Shown in pieces: positions 44,870-55,922 of a stretch of 64,000 nt of DNA. This DNA is from an uncultured Gemmatimonadales bacterium (GTDB taxonomy: Bacteria; Gemmatimonadota; Gemmatimonadetes; Longimicrobiales; RSA9), in the NCBI GenBank assembly GCA_963798085.1, contig CAWCRS010000007.1:1408001-1472000 (forward strand), given 5' to 3'. Each line of letters opens with the position of its first letter. Positions within the stretch are counted from its first letter, which is position 1. The notes under the pieces were generated by a model. It had not been told where the DNA came from, did no database searches, and worked only from the letters and a program-made list of their open reading frames with translations. Made by a program: the position numbers and the translations under genes.

Positions 44870-47236
44870 ATGACCGGCCTCGCCCTGCTGGTACTGGCGA
44901 GCCTTGCCCAGACGCAGCAGGACTCAGTTCGGGTACGCGCCACACTGAGCTCCGACCGTATTGTCGCAGGCGAATCTACAATCCTCGAGGTACGTGTCGA
45001 GTCGGGCAGCGCCGCGCCCGAAGCCATTCGCATGCCGTCGCTGCCACCCGGCTTCGAGCCGCTTGAGACCCGCGACTTCACGCAGATTCAGATCGGCGTC
45101 ACCGGCACGCGCACGCGCGTCACCGTGCATTCCGTCGTGCTGACCGGCCGGGTGCCGGGCAGCTTCCTGATTCCGGGCATCGGCATTACTGTGGCCGGCC
45201 GCCGCTACCGCACGACGGCGCTGCCCATTGTCGTGACTTCTGCGCCAACCGGTCCGGCGCCTCCCGGCACGACGGACCGGGTGCGGCTGACCGCGCACGT
45301 CGAGCCCCGCCGTGCGTGGATTGGACAGCAGGTGACGTTTGTCGCGGAGGCGGTGTTTCCCCGCGAGCTGCGACAGCGGCAGACGCGGCCTGCCACGTAT
45401 CAGCCGCCCAATCCAGCCGGTTTCTGGGCGCAGGATCTTCCCGACGCCATGGTCATCGGGCTGCGTACGATCGGCAACGAGGTGTACGAGACGCAGACGT
45501 TCCGACGCGCGTATTTCCCGCTGACAGCCGGCCGGCACGCGTTCCCGCCCGCACAGCTTTCTTACGAATACCGGCCACGTCTCGGGGCGTCGCCCGAAGC
45601 CAGGGAATTGCTGTCCGATTCGCTGATCATTGACGTGCAGCCGCTGCCGGTGAAAGGTAGGCCGGCTGCCTTCGCCGGGGCGGTGGGGCACTATTCGCTG
45701 CACACCACCATAGACCCGCTTCACGTGGGCGTGGGCGAAGCCGCAACGCTGCGCGTAGAGGTGCGCGGCGCCGGAAATGTGAAAGCTCTGCCGGCGCCCG
45801 TGCTCACGCACGCCGACGCGCTGGAGGTCTTTCCACCCACCGAGAGCGCCAATGTCAGCGCCAACGGTGAAATCCTGGGTGGCACGAAGGCCTTCTCGTG
45901 GGTGCTGGTGCCCAGACAGCCGGGCCACATTGCCATACCGCCGGTCGAGTTCAGCTACTTCGACCCGGCCACCGAGCGGTACGAGCGCATTCGCACTGAC
46001 ACGATACGCCTGGACGTCAGCGGCGCGACGGTCGTGACACCCCAACCGCTGGACCTGCGGCCCCTGCATGGGCGGCCGTCCGGCAATCGACTGGGTTGGG
46101 TGCTGACACCGTGGTTCGCCGGCGCGCAGGCCATTCCCGTGCTGCTCCTGCTGCTCGCATGGGTCATGGGAAGACGGGCCGCCGTGCGCGCAGCCGATCC
46201 CGGCAAGGTGCAGCGACGGACCCGCACGCTCGAACAGCTGCGCCAGGAGGCGCTGGCGCCGGATCCCGGCTTCTGGGGCCGCCTGGCAGAGGCGGTGCGC
46301 ACCATTGTCGGCGACACGCTCGACCAGCCCGGCCTCGCAGCTGCATCCGCAGCCACAGTGGCCACGGTGCTGGCACAGAACGGCGTGCCGCGGCCCACTG
46401 CGAATGCCCTGGCAGAGCTGCTCGACGGATTGGATCGCACCCGCTTCGCGCCGGGCCAGGGCGTGCCGGCGGATGCGCCCGCGCTGGTGGACCGCGTCGA
46501 CCGATTGCTGGAAGCGCTGGCCTCCACGCGCTCGCGCCGCACCGAGACCGGCACGGCGGTCAGCGCGCTACTGCTGCTGACACTGCCGTTCGCGGCGCAC
46601 CAGATCGATTTCTTCCAGCGCGGCGTCATCGACTACACGGAAGGGCACTACGCGGAGGCAGGCAGATCCTTCGCGTCGTGGCTGCGCATTTTCCCTGACG
46701 ACGCCGACGCCTGGTACGACGCCGGCAGCGCATACTTCCAGGCCGGCCAGCCAGGGTCAGCCGTGCGCGCCTGGATCAGGGCAATCCAGCTGGAGCCCGG
46801 CAACCGCGACGCCCGCCACAATCTGCACACCGTTTCGCCGGATGCGGGCGCGTTTGTTCCACCCTTGGTCGCACTGGCCCTTCCCGAGGCGGCCATCGTC
46901 GCTGCTACCATCTGGTGGGTGACCTGCCTGCTCATGGCCAGGAGACTATGGCTGCGCCGGCCGCTCTGGCCGCTCGCCCTGCCCACCGGCGTGCTGCTGC
47001 TGATCGTCGCGGCCGCTGCCCTCGCGGGCCGATCTCGCTACGAGCTTGCCGTCGCGAACGAGCCCGAAATCTCGATCCACGCCGACCCCGCCCTCCGCGC
47101 CGACGAGATTCTGCGCATCCGCGCGGGCACCCCCGTCGCGGTCATCGAACGCCGCGAAGGCTGGACCCGCGTCCGCACCGCCTCCGGCACTCAGGGCTGG
47201 CTGGAGTCCGGCTCCGTGATCGAGGTCGGGGACTGA
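44870..47236 (+). CDS. BatD-BatE-like fusion (Ig-like repeats, TPR, SH3)
   Basis: GAVGHY, V.G.GN, FSYFDP, TPR, C-terminal GW..V..G..GW. Confidence 0.75.
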   Translation: MTGLALLVLASLAQTQQDSVRVRATLSSDRIVAGESTILEVRVESGSAAPEAIRMPSLPPGFEPLETRDFTQIQIGVTGTRTRVTVHSVVLTGRVPGSFLIPGIGITVAGRRYRTTALPIVVTSAPTGPAPPGTTDRVRLTAHVEPRRAWIGQQVTFVAEAVFPRELRQRQTRPATYQPPNPAGFWAQDLPDAMVIGLRTIGNEVYETQTFRRAYFPLTAGRHAFPPAQLSYEYRPRLGASPEARELLSDSLIIDVQPLPVKGRPAAFAGAVGHYSLHTTIDPLHVGVGEAATLRVEVRGAGNVKALPAPVLTHADALEVFPPTESANVSANGEILGGTKAFSWVLVPRQPGHIAIPPVEFSYFDPATERYERIRTDTIRLDVSGATVVTPQPLDLRPLHGRPSGNRLGWVLTPWFAGAQAIPVLLLLLAWVMGRRAAVRAADPGKVQRRTRTLEQLRQEALAPDPGFWGRLAEAVRTIVGDTLDQPGLAAASAATVATVLAQNGVPRPTANALAELLDGLDRTRFAPGQGVPADAPALVDRVDRLLEALASTRSRRTETGTAVSALLLLTLPFAAHQIDFFQRGVIDYTEGHYAEAGRSFASWLRIFPDDADAWYDAGSAYFQAGQPGSAVRAWIRAIQLEPGNRDARHNLHTVSPDAGAFVPPLVALALPEAAIVAATIWWVTCLLMARRLWLRRPLWPLALPTGVLLLIVAAAALAGRSRYELAVANEPEISIHADPALRADEILRIRAGTPVAVIERREGWTRVRTASGTQGWLESGSVIEVGD

Positions 47237-47354
47237 GACGGCCGGAACGGCGTTTCTCGGGCTGGGCCTGGGCCCCCCGGAATCTCCGTTCCCATCCGTG
47301 TCCCGCCACCCTATAGTTCGCGCCGACGAGGGGACCACCGACAGTCGGGGAAAA

Positions 47355-47993
47355 ATGCACCAGTTTCCGAATTTCACGCTGATCGATCACCCGCTGATCC
47401 AGCACAAGATTGCCTTGCTCCGGCAGCAGGAAACGTCGAAGAAGACGTTCCGCGAACTGGTCGAGGAGATCACCGTGCTGATGGGCTACGAGGTCACGCG
47501 TGATCTGCCGCTGGAGGCGATCGAGATCGATACGCCGCTCGAGCGCACACACGGGCTGGTGGTGAGCGGCAAGAAGCTGGCATTGATTCCCGTGCTGCGC
47601 GCGGGCCTGGGCATGGTGCAGGGCATGCTCCGGCTCATGCCGTCCGTGCGCGTGGGCCATGTGGGCCTCTACCGCGAGCACGATTCGCTGCGGCCCGTCT
47701 CCTACTACTTCAAGATCCCGCCCGACCCGGAGGCGAGGGACTTCATCGTGCTCGACCCGATGCTCGCGACAGGCGGGTCCGCCAGCATGGCGGTGTCAGC
47801 GCTCAAGGCGAGCGGCGCGGCCAGGGTGCGCCTCATGTGTCTGGTCGCTGCGCCCGAAGGCGTGCAGCGCATGCTCGTCGAGCATCCGGATGTGCAGATC
47901 TTCTGTGCGGCGCTGGACCGCGAGCTGAACGAGCACGGTTACATCCTGCCAGGGCTGGGCGACGCCGGCGATCGGTTGTACGGTACCCGCTGA
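47355..47993 (+). CDS. upp: Uracil phosphoribosyltransferase
   Basis: [33 protein letters not shown]. Confidence 0.97.
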   Translation: MHQFPNFTLIDHPLIQHKIALLRQQETSKKTFRELVEEITVLMGYEVTRDLPLEAIEIDTPLERTHGLVVSGKKLALIPVLRAGLGMVQGMLRLMPSVRVGHVGLYREHDSLRPVSYYFKIPPDPEARDFIVLDPMLATGGSASMAVSALKASGAARVRLMCLVAAPEGVQRMLVEHPDVQIFCAALDRELNEHGYILPGLGDAGDRLYGTR

Positions 47994-48014
47994 GCGGGTA
48001 GATTCCGTGCCAAC

Positions 48015-48088
48015 GGGCCCGTAGCTCAGCTGGTCAGAGCACCGGACTCATAATCCGAGGGTCGCAGGTTCGAACCCTGCCGGGCCCA
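48015..48088 (+). tRNA. tRNA with CAT anticodon, probably tRNA-Ile2 (elongator Met not excluded)
   Basis: GGGCCCG/CGGGCCC acceptor with C4 and C5, CTCATAA loop; lacks initiator features. Confidence 0.9.
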
Positions 48089-48094
48089 TGATGT

Positions 48095-48122
48095 CGCCGC
48101 CTCGAAGAGGCGGCCTTTTTTT
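48095..48122 (+). terminator. Rho-independent terminator
   Basis: GCCGCCTC-GAA-GAGGCGGC followed by T7. Confidence 0.85.
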
Positions 48123-48175
48123 CCGGCCGCGACAGAGCCAGTGCTCTGCCGGTCCCCAGATTCCGGGAGTGTGTC

Positions 48176-49453
48176 ATGCGGATCCCGTCCCAGCGTAAAG
48201 CCCTGCTGAGCCTCGTCGCCTTCACGATTGCCGCGGGGAGCGCGCCTCTCGCCGCACAGCGCGGCGGCCCGCCCCCGTGCGATCCGGCGGCTTCCGGTCT
48301 CAAGCTGCCCGCCGGCTTCTGCGCCATCGTGGTCGCGGAAGGCGTACGCGGCGCGCGCCAGCTGCTGGTCGCGCCCAACGGCAATGTCCTCGTGGCGGCG
48401 CAGGGTGGACGCGGCGGCGGTGGTGGCGCCGTGCTCCTGCGGGACACCAACGGCGATGGCAGGGCGGACGTGAACCAGGCGCTGGGCACGGCCGGCGGCA
48501 ACGGCATCGCGCTCACGCCCGAGTACCTCTACGTCGCACCCAATGACGCGGTCCTGCGTTACCACTACAAGGCGGGCGCCCTGCAGGTCACGGGTGCCCC
48601 CGATACGATCGTGCAGGACCTGCCCAACCGCCCCGGACACGTCACCAAGACCATCGTGCTCACCAGCAATGGCAACCTCTTCGTGAACGTCGGCTCGCCC
48701 TCGAATTCCTGTCAGCGCGCGGACCGCACCAACAATGCGCCGGGCAAGGACCCCTGCGATGAGCTGGCCACGCGCGCCGGCATCTGGCGCTTCTCCGCCA
48801 GCCGCCTGCACCAGACGCAGAAGGACGGCGAGCACTTCGCGACCGGGCTGCGCAACGTGGTGGGCATGGCGCTGCTGCCCGGCACTAACGAGCTGTTTGC
48901 CATGCAGCACGGCCGCGACCAGCTGTTCGAGAACTGGGGCGACAAGGGTTACACGGCGAGGGATGGCGCGGACAAGCCGGCGGAAGAGTTCGTGCACGCG
49001 CTCAAGGGCGACAACTTCGGCTGGCCCTACTGCTACTTCGACCCGGACGCAGGCCACCTCGTGCTCGCGCCGGAATACGGCGGCGACACGCACACCGTCG
49101 GCCGCTGCGCCAGCATGAAGGAGCCGCTGGTCGCGTTCCCGGGCCACTGGGCGCCCGACGGACTCGTCTTCTACACGGGCACGCAGTTCCCCGCCAGCTA
49201 TCGCGGCGGTGCATTCATCGCGTTCCACGGTTCGTGGAATCGCGGGCCGCGGCCCGAGGATCAGCAAGGCTTCCAGGTCGTCTTCCAGCCCATGTCCGGA
49301 CAGACGCCAGCCGGCAAGTGGAGCACGTTCGCCGATGGCTTCCGCGACCTGCAGCCGGGCAGCCGCCCCGTCGGACTCGCGGTCGGGCCCGATGGCTCGC
49401 TCTACGTGGGTGACGACACCGGCGGACGGATCTGGCGGATCATTCACAGGTAA
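48176..49453 (+). CDS. L-sorbosone dehydrogenase-like beta-propeller
   Basis: Signal peptide, LPAGF, ATGLRN, FGWPYCY, HWAP, FHGSWNR, RPVG. Confidence 0.88.
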   Translation: MRIPSQRKALLSLVAFTIAAGSAPLAAQRGGPPPCDPAASGLKLPAGFCAIVVAEGVRGARQLLVAPNGNVLVAAQGGRGGGGGAVLLRDTNGDGRADVNQALGTAGGNGIALTPEYLYVAPNDAVLRYHYKAGALQVTGAPDTIVQDLPNRPGHVTKTIVLTSNGNLFVNVGSPSNSCQRADRTNNAPGKDPCDELATRAGIWRFSASRLHQTQKDGEHFATGLRNVVGMALLPGTNELFAMQHGRDQLFENWGDKGYTARDGADKPAEEFVHALKGDNFGWPYCYFDPDAGHLVLAPEYGGDTHTVGRCASMKEPLVAFPGHWAPDGLVFYTGTQFPASYRGGAFIAFHGSWNRGPRPEDQQGFQVVFQPMSGQTPAGKWSTFADGFRDLQPGSRPVGLAVGPDGSLYVGDDTGGRIWRIIHR

Positions 49454-49559
49454 CAGTCGAACGCAGATTGAGGGCGACGCTGCCGTAATCGGGTTGGCCG
49501 CGCTTCGGCAGGCGTGCCGGGAGTGGCCCGCCATGCTGCGTACAAGTGTGCGTGCCGCG

Positions 49560-49588
49560 TTGACACGGGCAGGGGGCACGGCCACAAT
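49560..49588 (+). promoter_or_regulatory. Sigma70-type promoter of secDF
   Basis: TTGACA-N17-CACAAT. Confidence 0.65.
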
Positions 49589-49658
49589 AACAGGCTCCGA
49601 TTCCGCGCATGAACCGCGCGGCATCGACTGACGGGAATCTCGTCCACAAGGACAGACG

Positions 49659-51293
49659 ATGTTCGGCACCATCAAGGGCCGTATCGCGGTCATCGCAGTC
49701 GCGACCGTGCTGGCGCTCGCGGCACTGATCTCGAATCGCATGAAGACCGGTTCGCTGATCAAGCTGGGACTCGACCTGCAGGGCGGCATGCACCTCGCCC
49801 TCGAGGTGGATGATCCGCAGCACACGCTCACCGCGCAGGCTCGCCAGGACGCCATCGATCAGAATCTCGAAGTACTGCGCAACCGGATGGACCAGTTCGG
49901 CGTGGCCGAGCCACTGATCCAGAAGGTGGGCAGTGAGCGCATCATGGTCGAGCTGCCCGGCATCCGCGATGAAGAGCGCGCCACCAAGATCATCAAGGAG
50001 TCCGCGTTCCTCGAGTGGAAGCTGGTGCACCACACCCAGGACTTCCGGCAGGTGCTGCCGCGACTGGACCGCGCGGTTGCCGCGGCATTCGGGCCCGACT
50101 CCCTGAAGAAGGCCACCGCGGGCGCTGACACGGCGGCGAAGACACAGCAGAAACAGCTGCAGGAACTGCTGGGACTGACGGGCAAGGACAGCACGAAGTC
50201 GGACTCGGCAAGAGCGGACTCGGCGAAAGCCGCCGGCAGCGACACACACCCGCTCAGCAACCTGATCCTGGACAGCGGTCGTGACGGCGAGTTCCTGGTG
50301 CCGGAAAGCGATGTCGATCGCGTCAAGCACGAGCTGGCATTGCCGGGAGTGCTGGAGGCATTGCCGCGCGGCACCGAGCTGCGCTGGGCCGCGAAACCGG
50401 AAGGGCAGGGCGCACAACTCTACCGCTCGCTCTACTTCCTGGAGTCGCGGCCCTTCATTACGGGTGAGCGCCTGCGCTCGGCGACGGCGGGTCGCGACCC
50501 GCAGTTCAATCGCACGGTTGTGACGTTCGAGCTGGACCGGCGCGGCGGCCGCATCTTCGAGGACGTCACGGGCCAGCACATCAATGACCGCATCGCCATT
50601 GTCCTCGATACACTGGTGCACAGCGCCCCCAACGTGATCAGCCGCATCGGCGCGCGCGGCCAGATCGAAATGGGCCAGGCGCCCATGACCGAAGCCAGTG
50701 ACCTGGCGCTGGTGCTGCGCGCCGGCGCGCTCTCCAAGCCGCTCACGATTGTCGAGCAGCGATCGGTGGGTCCCTCGCTCGGCGCAGACTCCATCGCACA
50801 GGGCAAGTTCGCCGGCATCATCGGCATCCTGCTCGTCATATTCATCATGGTCGGCTACTACCACTTCGCCGGCCTGCTGGCCGTGAGTGCGCTGCTGATC
50901 TACGTGATCCTGCTGCTGGGCGGACTCGCTGCCTTCGGCGGCACGCTGACCGCACCCGGCATTGCCGGCTTCATTCTGTCGCTGGGCATGGCGGTGGACG
51001 CGAACGTGCTGATCTTCGAACGAATACGGGAGGAGCTGGCCGCGGGCCGCTCCACCCGGGTCGCAGTGGATGAAGGCTTCAAGCACGCCATGTCGGCCAT
51101 TGTCGACTCCAACATCACCACCGTGATCACCGGCCTGATCCTGTTCCAGGTAGGCACCGGTCCGGTGCGCGGCTTCGCCGTCACACTGACCATCGGCGTG
51201 CTCGCGTCCTTTTTCACCGCCGTGTACATCGTGCGCACGTTCTTCCTCATCTATCTGGACAGGAAGAAGCCCACAGAGCCGATCAGCATCTGA
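49659..51293 (+). CDS. secD: Protein translocase subunit SecD
   Basis: LGLDLQGG, VGPSLG, GMAVDANVLIFERIREE. Confidence 0.97.
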   Translation: MFGTIKGRIAVIAVATVLALAALISNRMKTGSLIKLGLDLQGGMHLALEVDDPQHTLTAQARQDAIDQNLEVLRNRMDQFGVAEPLIQKVGSERIMVELPGIRDEERATKIIKESAFLEWKLVHHTQDFRQVLPRLDRAVAAAFGPDSLKKATAGADTAAKTQQKQLQELLGLTGKDSTKSDSARADSAKAAGSDTHPLSNLILDSGRDGEFLVPESDVDRVKHELALPGVLEALPRGTELRWAAKPEGQGAQLYRSLYFLESRPFITGERLRSATAGRDPQFNRTVVTFELDRRGGRIFEDVTGQHINDRIAIVLDTLVHSAPNVISRIGARGQIEMGQAPMTEASDLALVLRAGALSKPLTIVEQRSVGPSLGADSIAQGKFAGIIGILLVIFIMVGYYHFAGLLAVSALLIYVILLLGGLAAFGGTLTAPGIAGFILSLGMAVDANVLIFERIREELAAGRSTRVAVDEGFKHAMSAIVDSNITTVITGLILFQVGTGPVRGFAVTLTIGVLASFFTAVYIVRTFFLIYLDRKKPTEPISI

Positions 51294-51305
51294 GAGAAAA
51301 GAGCC

Positions 51306-52256
51306 ATGCATCGACTATTCGACGGCGCTCACTACGACTTCATCGGCTTCCGCAGACGGGCGTACGTGCTTTCGGGCACGCTGCTGGCGCTGGGCTTCGT
51401 GTTCGCGCTGATCTTCCAGTTCGCGAAGGGCTCGTGGCTGAACTACGGTGTGGACTTCGCCGGCGGCACGCTGATCCAGGCGCAGTTCCACGACAACACC
51501 ACGGTGAGTGATCTGCGCGCCGTGCTGCAGCCGCAGTTTCCCGGCACCGAGATCACCGAGTTCGGCAACAGCAACGAATTCCTGATCCGCGCGCCGGAAA
51601 CCGGCACGGCCGCGAATGCCGGCCAGGACATCCCGGCAGCGCTGCGCGCGCGTTTCGGTCAGAATTCGTTCACCATGGGGCACTCGGAATCGGTGGGCTC
51701 GAAGGTCGGGTCGGAACTGCAGAGCAAGGCGTTGCTCGCCATTCTGCTCTCGTTCGGCGCGACACTGATCTACCTCGCCTTCCGCTTCGAGTGGCGCTTC
51801 GGCCTGGCCGCCCTGATCGCCACGATCCATGACATCCTGCTGACGCTCGCGTTCATCTCCGGATTCCGCATCGAAGTGGCGCTGCCCACGGTGGCAGCGG
51901 TGCTGACGATCGTGGGGTACTCGCTGAACGACACGATCATCGTGTTCGACCGCATTCGCGAGAACATCAGGACCTCGCGGCGCGAGGATTTCATTACCCT
52001 GCTGAATCGCTCCATCAACGAAACACTGCCGCGTACCACGCTGACGGTCGCGACCGTGCTGGCGACACTGGCCGCGCTCTTCATGTTCGGTGGCACGACG
52101 ATTCAGGACTTCGCGCTGATCATGATCGTGGGTATCGTGCTGGGCACGTACTCGTCGATCTTCGTGGCCTCGCCGGCACTGCTGTACATTGAGACGCGCT
52201 GGCCCGCCGAGCGCAAGAAGGCGAGAGTGCGGCCGGCCGCCAAGGCCACCGTTTGA
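51306..52256 (+). CDS. secF: Protein translocase subunit SecF
   Basis: GVDFAGG, GYSLNDTIIVFDRIRE, GTYSSIF. Confidence 0.97.
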   Translation: MHRLFDGAHYDFIGFRRRAYVLSGTLLALGFVFALIFQFAKGSWLNYGVDFAGGTLIQAQFHDNTTVSDLRAVLQPQFPGTEITEFGNSNEFLIRAPETGTAANAGQDIPAALRARFGQNSFTMGHSESVGSKVGSELQSKALLAILLSFGATLIYLAFRFEWRFGLAALIATIHDILLTLAFISGFRIEVALPTVAAVLTIVGYSLNDTIIVFDRIRENIRTSRREDFITLLNRSINETLPRTTLTVATVLATLAALFMFGGTTIQDFALIMIVGIVLGTYSSIFVASPALLYIETRWPAERKKARVRPAAKATV

Positions 52257-52289
52257 GCCTCGCGGTCCCGTACGCAGAGGCCGCCGCGG

Positions 52290-53078
52290 TTGCGTGACCG
52301 GGGCGGCCTTCGCACATCGGAGGGCGCCCTGTTCGATTCACACTGCCATCTGACCGACGACGCCTTCGCGGCGGATCTGCCCGACGTGCTGCAGCGTGCG
52401 CACGCTGCCGGCGTGACGGCTGTCACGACCATCGCATCCAACGCGGCCGACGCGGAAAACGCCATCGCGCTGGCCGCGGTACACGCCTCCGTCTGGTGCA
52501 CCGTGGGCATTCATCCGCACGATGCGGACAGCGCAGTCCGTGACTTTCCGCGCATTCGAGAACTGGCGGGGTCGCCGGGCGTGGTGGCGCTGGGTGAAAC
52601 CGGCCTCGACTATCACTACGACCACTCGGCGAGGGACGCGCAGCGCGCGGCATTCACGCAGCACCTGGCGCTGGCGGCGGAAACCGGAAGGCCCGTTGTC
52701 GTGCACAGCCGCGAAGCGGAAGCCGACACGCTCGCCGCACTGGCCGGCTCCGGGGTGCGCGGCGTGCTGCACTGCTTCAGCGGTAACGAGGCCATGCTGG
52801 AAGCGGCGCTGGCGGCCGGCTGGTACATCTCGTTCGGCGGCATGGTGACCTTCCGCAACTGGCAGGGGTCCGCGCTGCTGCGCCGCGTACCCGTCGAACG
52901 ATTGCTGTTGGAGACAGACGGGCCGTATCTCGCGCCCGTTCCCTATCGCGGCAAGCGCAACGAGCCCGCGTATCTGCCGCTCACCTGCGTCGCGGCGGCG
53001 GGCCTGCGGGGTGAGGACGCGGTCGAGCTGGGTCGTCTGACGGACCGTAACGCGCGCACCTTTTTCGGCATCGACTGA
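52290..53078 (+). CDS. tatD: TatD family nuclease (start may be later)
   Basis: DSHCHL, GIHPH, GETGLDY, HSRE, HCFS, ETDGPY. Confidence 0.93.
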   Translation: MRDRGGLRTSEGALFDSHCHLTDDAFAADLPDVLQRAHAAGVTAVTTIASNAADAENAIALAAVHASVWCTVGIHPHDADSAVRDFPRIRELAGSPGVVALGETGLDYHYDHSARDAQRAAFTQHLALAAETGRPVVVHSREAEADTLAALAGSGVRGVLHCFSGNEAMLEAALAAGWYISFGGMVTFRNWQGSALLRRVPVERLLLETDGPYLAPVPYRGKRNEPAYLPLTCVAAAGLRGEDAVELGRLTDRNARTFFGID

Positions 53079-53208
53079 ACGGCAGGCGCATCCGCGGCGC
53101 GTGGATTCTGTTGCCGGACACGTGTATCTTTCGGCTGTCACGCCGCGGCAGCCGCCATGGCGCATGCGTTGCGCGCGGCTCTCTCCCCGAACGCAGAAGA
53201 CGCAGGGC

Positions 53209-54963
53209 ATGCCCCGCCGCATTCACGTTCTGCACGACACGCTGGCGAACCAGATCGCTGCCGGTGAGGTGGTGGAGCGACCGGCATCCGTGATCAAGGA
53301 GCTCATCGAGAATGCGCTCGATGCAGCGGCGACGCGCATCGAGATCACGCTGCGCAACGGCGGCAAGACGGAAATGCGCGTAGCCGATGACGGCTGCGGT
53401 ATGGGTCGCGACGACGCTCTTCTGTGTTTCGATCGCCACGCCACCAGCAAGGTGTCGTCCGCCGATGATCTGCGCGGCCTGCGCACGCTCGGGTTCCGCG
53501 GTGAAGCATTGCCCGCGATTGCCTCGGTCAGCCGCGTGGCGCTGGAGACGGCGGAGCAGGGTGGTGTGGGGACGCGCGTGCGCGTCGCGGCAGGCCGCGT
53601 ACAGGGTGCCGACGACTGCGCGCGCCAGCGTGGCACCACCGTGACGGTGCGCAGTCTCTTCATGAATGTGCCCGCGCGCGCCCGCTTCATGCGCAGCACC
53701 GCGGTGGAGACGCGCTCCTGCGCGGATGTCGTGCAATCGCTGGCGCTGGCGCATCTCTCGACGGCGTTCCGTCTCGAATCGAACGGTCGGGTGCTGCTGG
53801 AGCTGCCCGCGGCGCCCGACCTGGCGTCGCGGGTGGCAGCGCTCTGGGGCGACGACACGGCCGGTCGCTTTCTGGCACTTTCGCACGCGCACGAGGGCAT
53901 GACGGTCGCGGGCCTGATCGAACGACCGGACGCCTCGCTCACCGGCCCGCGACGCGTGCACCTCTACGTCGATGGCCGTCCCTTCCGCGATCGCGAGCTG
54001 GTCTGGGCCGCCGAGCGCGCTTACCGCACCACGGTGCCCGAGGGCACGCGCCCGTCACTGCTGCTCTATCTCGGTGTGCCCGCCGGCGACGTGGACGTCA
54101 ATGTGCACCCGGCCAAGGCCGAGGTACGCTTCCGCGAGCGCTGGCGGGTGGAAGCGGCCATCGAGGCCGCCGTGCGCGCGGCGCTGGCGCGCGTGGAGAG
54201 CGCGGCCACACTGGATCGCGCGCCCACGCTGCCGCGCTGGCCGCAACTACAGCGTGTTAGTCCGCCCGCGCAGGGCTCGCCGCTGCCCGAGAACCAGCTC
54301 GCGTTCTTCGTGCCCGCCATGTCCCGTGCGCAGGCCAATGCGCAGCTCGATCCGCCGCGCGACGGAGCCGGAGCGGAAGCGTCGCCCGCAACCCGACTCT
54401 GGCAGATTCACGAAACCTACATTCTCGCCGAGACGCGCAGCGGCCTGCTGATCATCGACCAGCATTCGGCGCACGAGCGCGTGCTGTTCGAATCGCTGAT
54501 GCGCGCCTTCGGCAATGGCGGACAGAACAGTCAGCGTCTGCTGTTTCCCATCACGCTGCGGCTGGCGCCATCGGAATACAATGTGGTCGATTCGCTGCGC
54601 GCCATCTTCGAGCGCGTCGGCTTCGAGATCGAGCCGTTCGGCGGGCGAACCGTGATCGTGCACGCCGCGCCCGACCCGCACCCGTACTTCGATCCGGAAC
54701 GGTGCCTGCGCGAGATGATCGGCGAGCTGGCCGCGGGCAGCGACCTCACGCGCGCGGCGCACAACCAGCACGAGCGCATTGCCATGACGTTCGCGTGCAA
54801 GGCCGCGGTCAAGGCGGGGCAGACACTGTCGGCACGCGAGATCAGCGAGCTGTTCGAGCGGCTGTTCACCACCGAGCTGCCCTACCACGACGTGCACGGG
54901 CGACCCACCATCGTGAGACTCTCGCTCGACGAGCTGCAGCGGCGCTTCGGGCGCCACGGCTGA
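53209..54963 (+). CDS. mutL: DNA mismatch repair endonuclease MutL
   Basis: IAAGEVVERP, HATSK, GFRGEAL, DVNVHPAK, DQHSAHER. Confidence 0.97.
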   Translation: MPRRIHVLHDTLANQIAAGEVVERPASVIKELIENALDAAATRIEITLRNGGKTEMRVADDGCGMGRDDALLCFDRHATSKVSSADDLRGLRTLGFRGEALPAIASVSRVALETAEQGGVGTRVRVAAGRVQGADDCARQRGTTVTVRSLFMNVPARARFMRSTAVETRSCADVVQSLALAHLSTAFRLESNGRVLLELPAAPDLASRVAALWGDDTAGRFLALSHAHEGMTVAGLIERPDASLTGPRRVHLYVDGRPFRDRELVWAAERAYRTTVPEGTRPSLLLYLGVPAGDVDVNVHPAKAEVRFRERWRVEAAIEAAVRAALARVESAATLDRAPTLPRWPQLQRVSPPAQGSPLPENQLAFFVPAMSRAQANAQLDPPRDGAGAEASPATRLWQIHETYILAETRSGLLIIDQHSAHERVLFESLMRAFGNGGQNSQRLLFPITLRLAPSEYNVVDSLRAIFERVGFEIEPFGGRTVIVHAAPDPHPYFDPERCLREMIGELAAGSDLTRAAHNQHERIAMTFACKAAVKAGQTLSAREISELFERLFTTELPYHDVHGRPTIVRLSLDELQRRFGRHG

Positions 54964-54977
54964 GTCGCTCCGCCGTC

Positions 54978-55922
54978 ATGCTGCCGCGAACCGCCGACGC
55001 GCTGGTGATCACCGGGCCCACCGCGACGGGCAAGACTCGCCTGGCCATTGCCGTGGCGCGCACCCTGGGCGGCGAAGTGGTCTCGATGGACTCGCGCCAG
55101 ATCTATCGCGGCATGGACATTGGCACCGCCAAGCCCACCATTGCCGACCGACTGGGCGTGCCGCACCACGGCTTCGACGTGGTCACGCCCGACGAGCGCT
55201 ACAGTGCCGGCCGCTTCGCCCGCAATGCCACGGCCTGGATGGACGCGATCCGCAGACGCGGCCAGGTACCCATACTGGCAGGCGGCACCGGCTTCTACCT
55301 GCGGGCGCTCACCTCGCCGCTTTTCGTCGAGCCGGCCATGGATGCGGAACGCAGGCGGGCGCTGCGGGCTTTACTGGAAGGCCGGGACACGCAGACGCTG
55401 CGCGCCTGGGTGCACACGCTCGAGCCCCAGCTGGAGCTGGGGGAATGGGGTGGTGGCGGACGGCAGCGCCTGCTGCGCCGCATTGAAGTGGCACTGCTGA
55501 CGGGACGCACGCTGTCGTGGTGGCAGGCGCAGCGCCCGGCGCGACAGCCGATGACGGCAAAGGTTTTCGTGCTCGAGCTGCCGCGCGACGAACTGGTGCG
55601 CCGCATCGACGCGCGCGTGCTCGACATGGTGGGCCGGGGGCTGCAAGATGAGGTGCGCGGGCTGCTGACAGCGGGTTATGATGCGCACGACCCGGGCATG
55701 AACGCCACCGGCTATGCCGAGTTCGTGCCCTGCTTCACGGGCGAGCGATCGCGCGAGGAAGCCATCCGCCTGACGCAGGCGGCAACACGCCGTTATGCGC
55801 GCCGGCAACTCACGTGGTTCCGGCATCAGCTCGAGCCGGGCGCCATCCGGCTGGACGCGACCGGGCCGTTCGACATTCTCGCAGCACGCATCATCAACGA
55901 GTGGCAGGCAGACGAATGCTGA
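54978..55922 (+). CDS. miaA: tRNA dimethylallyltransferase
   Basis: GPTATGKT, DSRQIYRGMDIGTAKP, GGTGFY, YARRQLTWF. Confidence 0.96.
   Translation: MLPRTADALVITGPTATGKTRLAIAVARTLGGEVVSMDSRQIYRGMDIGTAKPTIADRLGVPHHGFDVVTPDERYSAGRFARNATAWMDAIRRRGQVPILAGGTGFYLRALTSPLFVEPAMDAERRRALRALLEGRDTQTLRAWVHTLEPQLELGEWGGGGRQRLLRRIEVALLTGRTLSWWQAQRPARQPMTAKVFVLELPRDELVRRIDARVLDMVGRGLQDEVRGLLTAGYDAHDPGMNATGYAEFVPCFTGERSREEAIRLTQAATRRYARRQLTWFRHQLEPGAIRLDATGPFDILAARIINEWQADEC

Noticed and set aside
48015..49500. Genomic island integrated at the CAT tRNA
   Set aside because: No integrase and no duplicated tRNA 3' end seen; a single metabolic gene follows.
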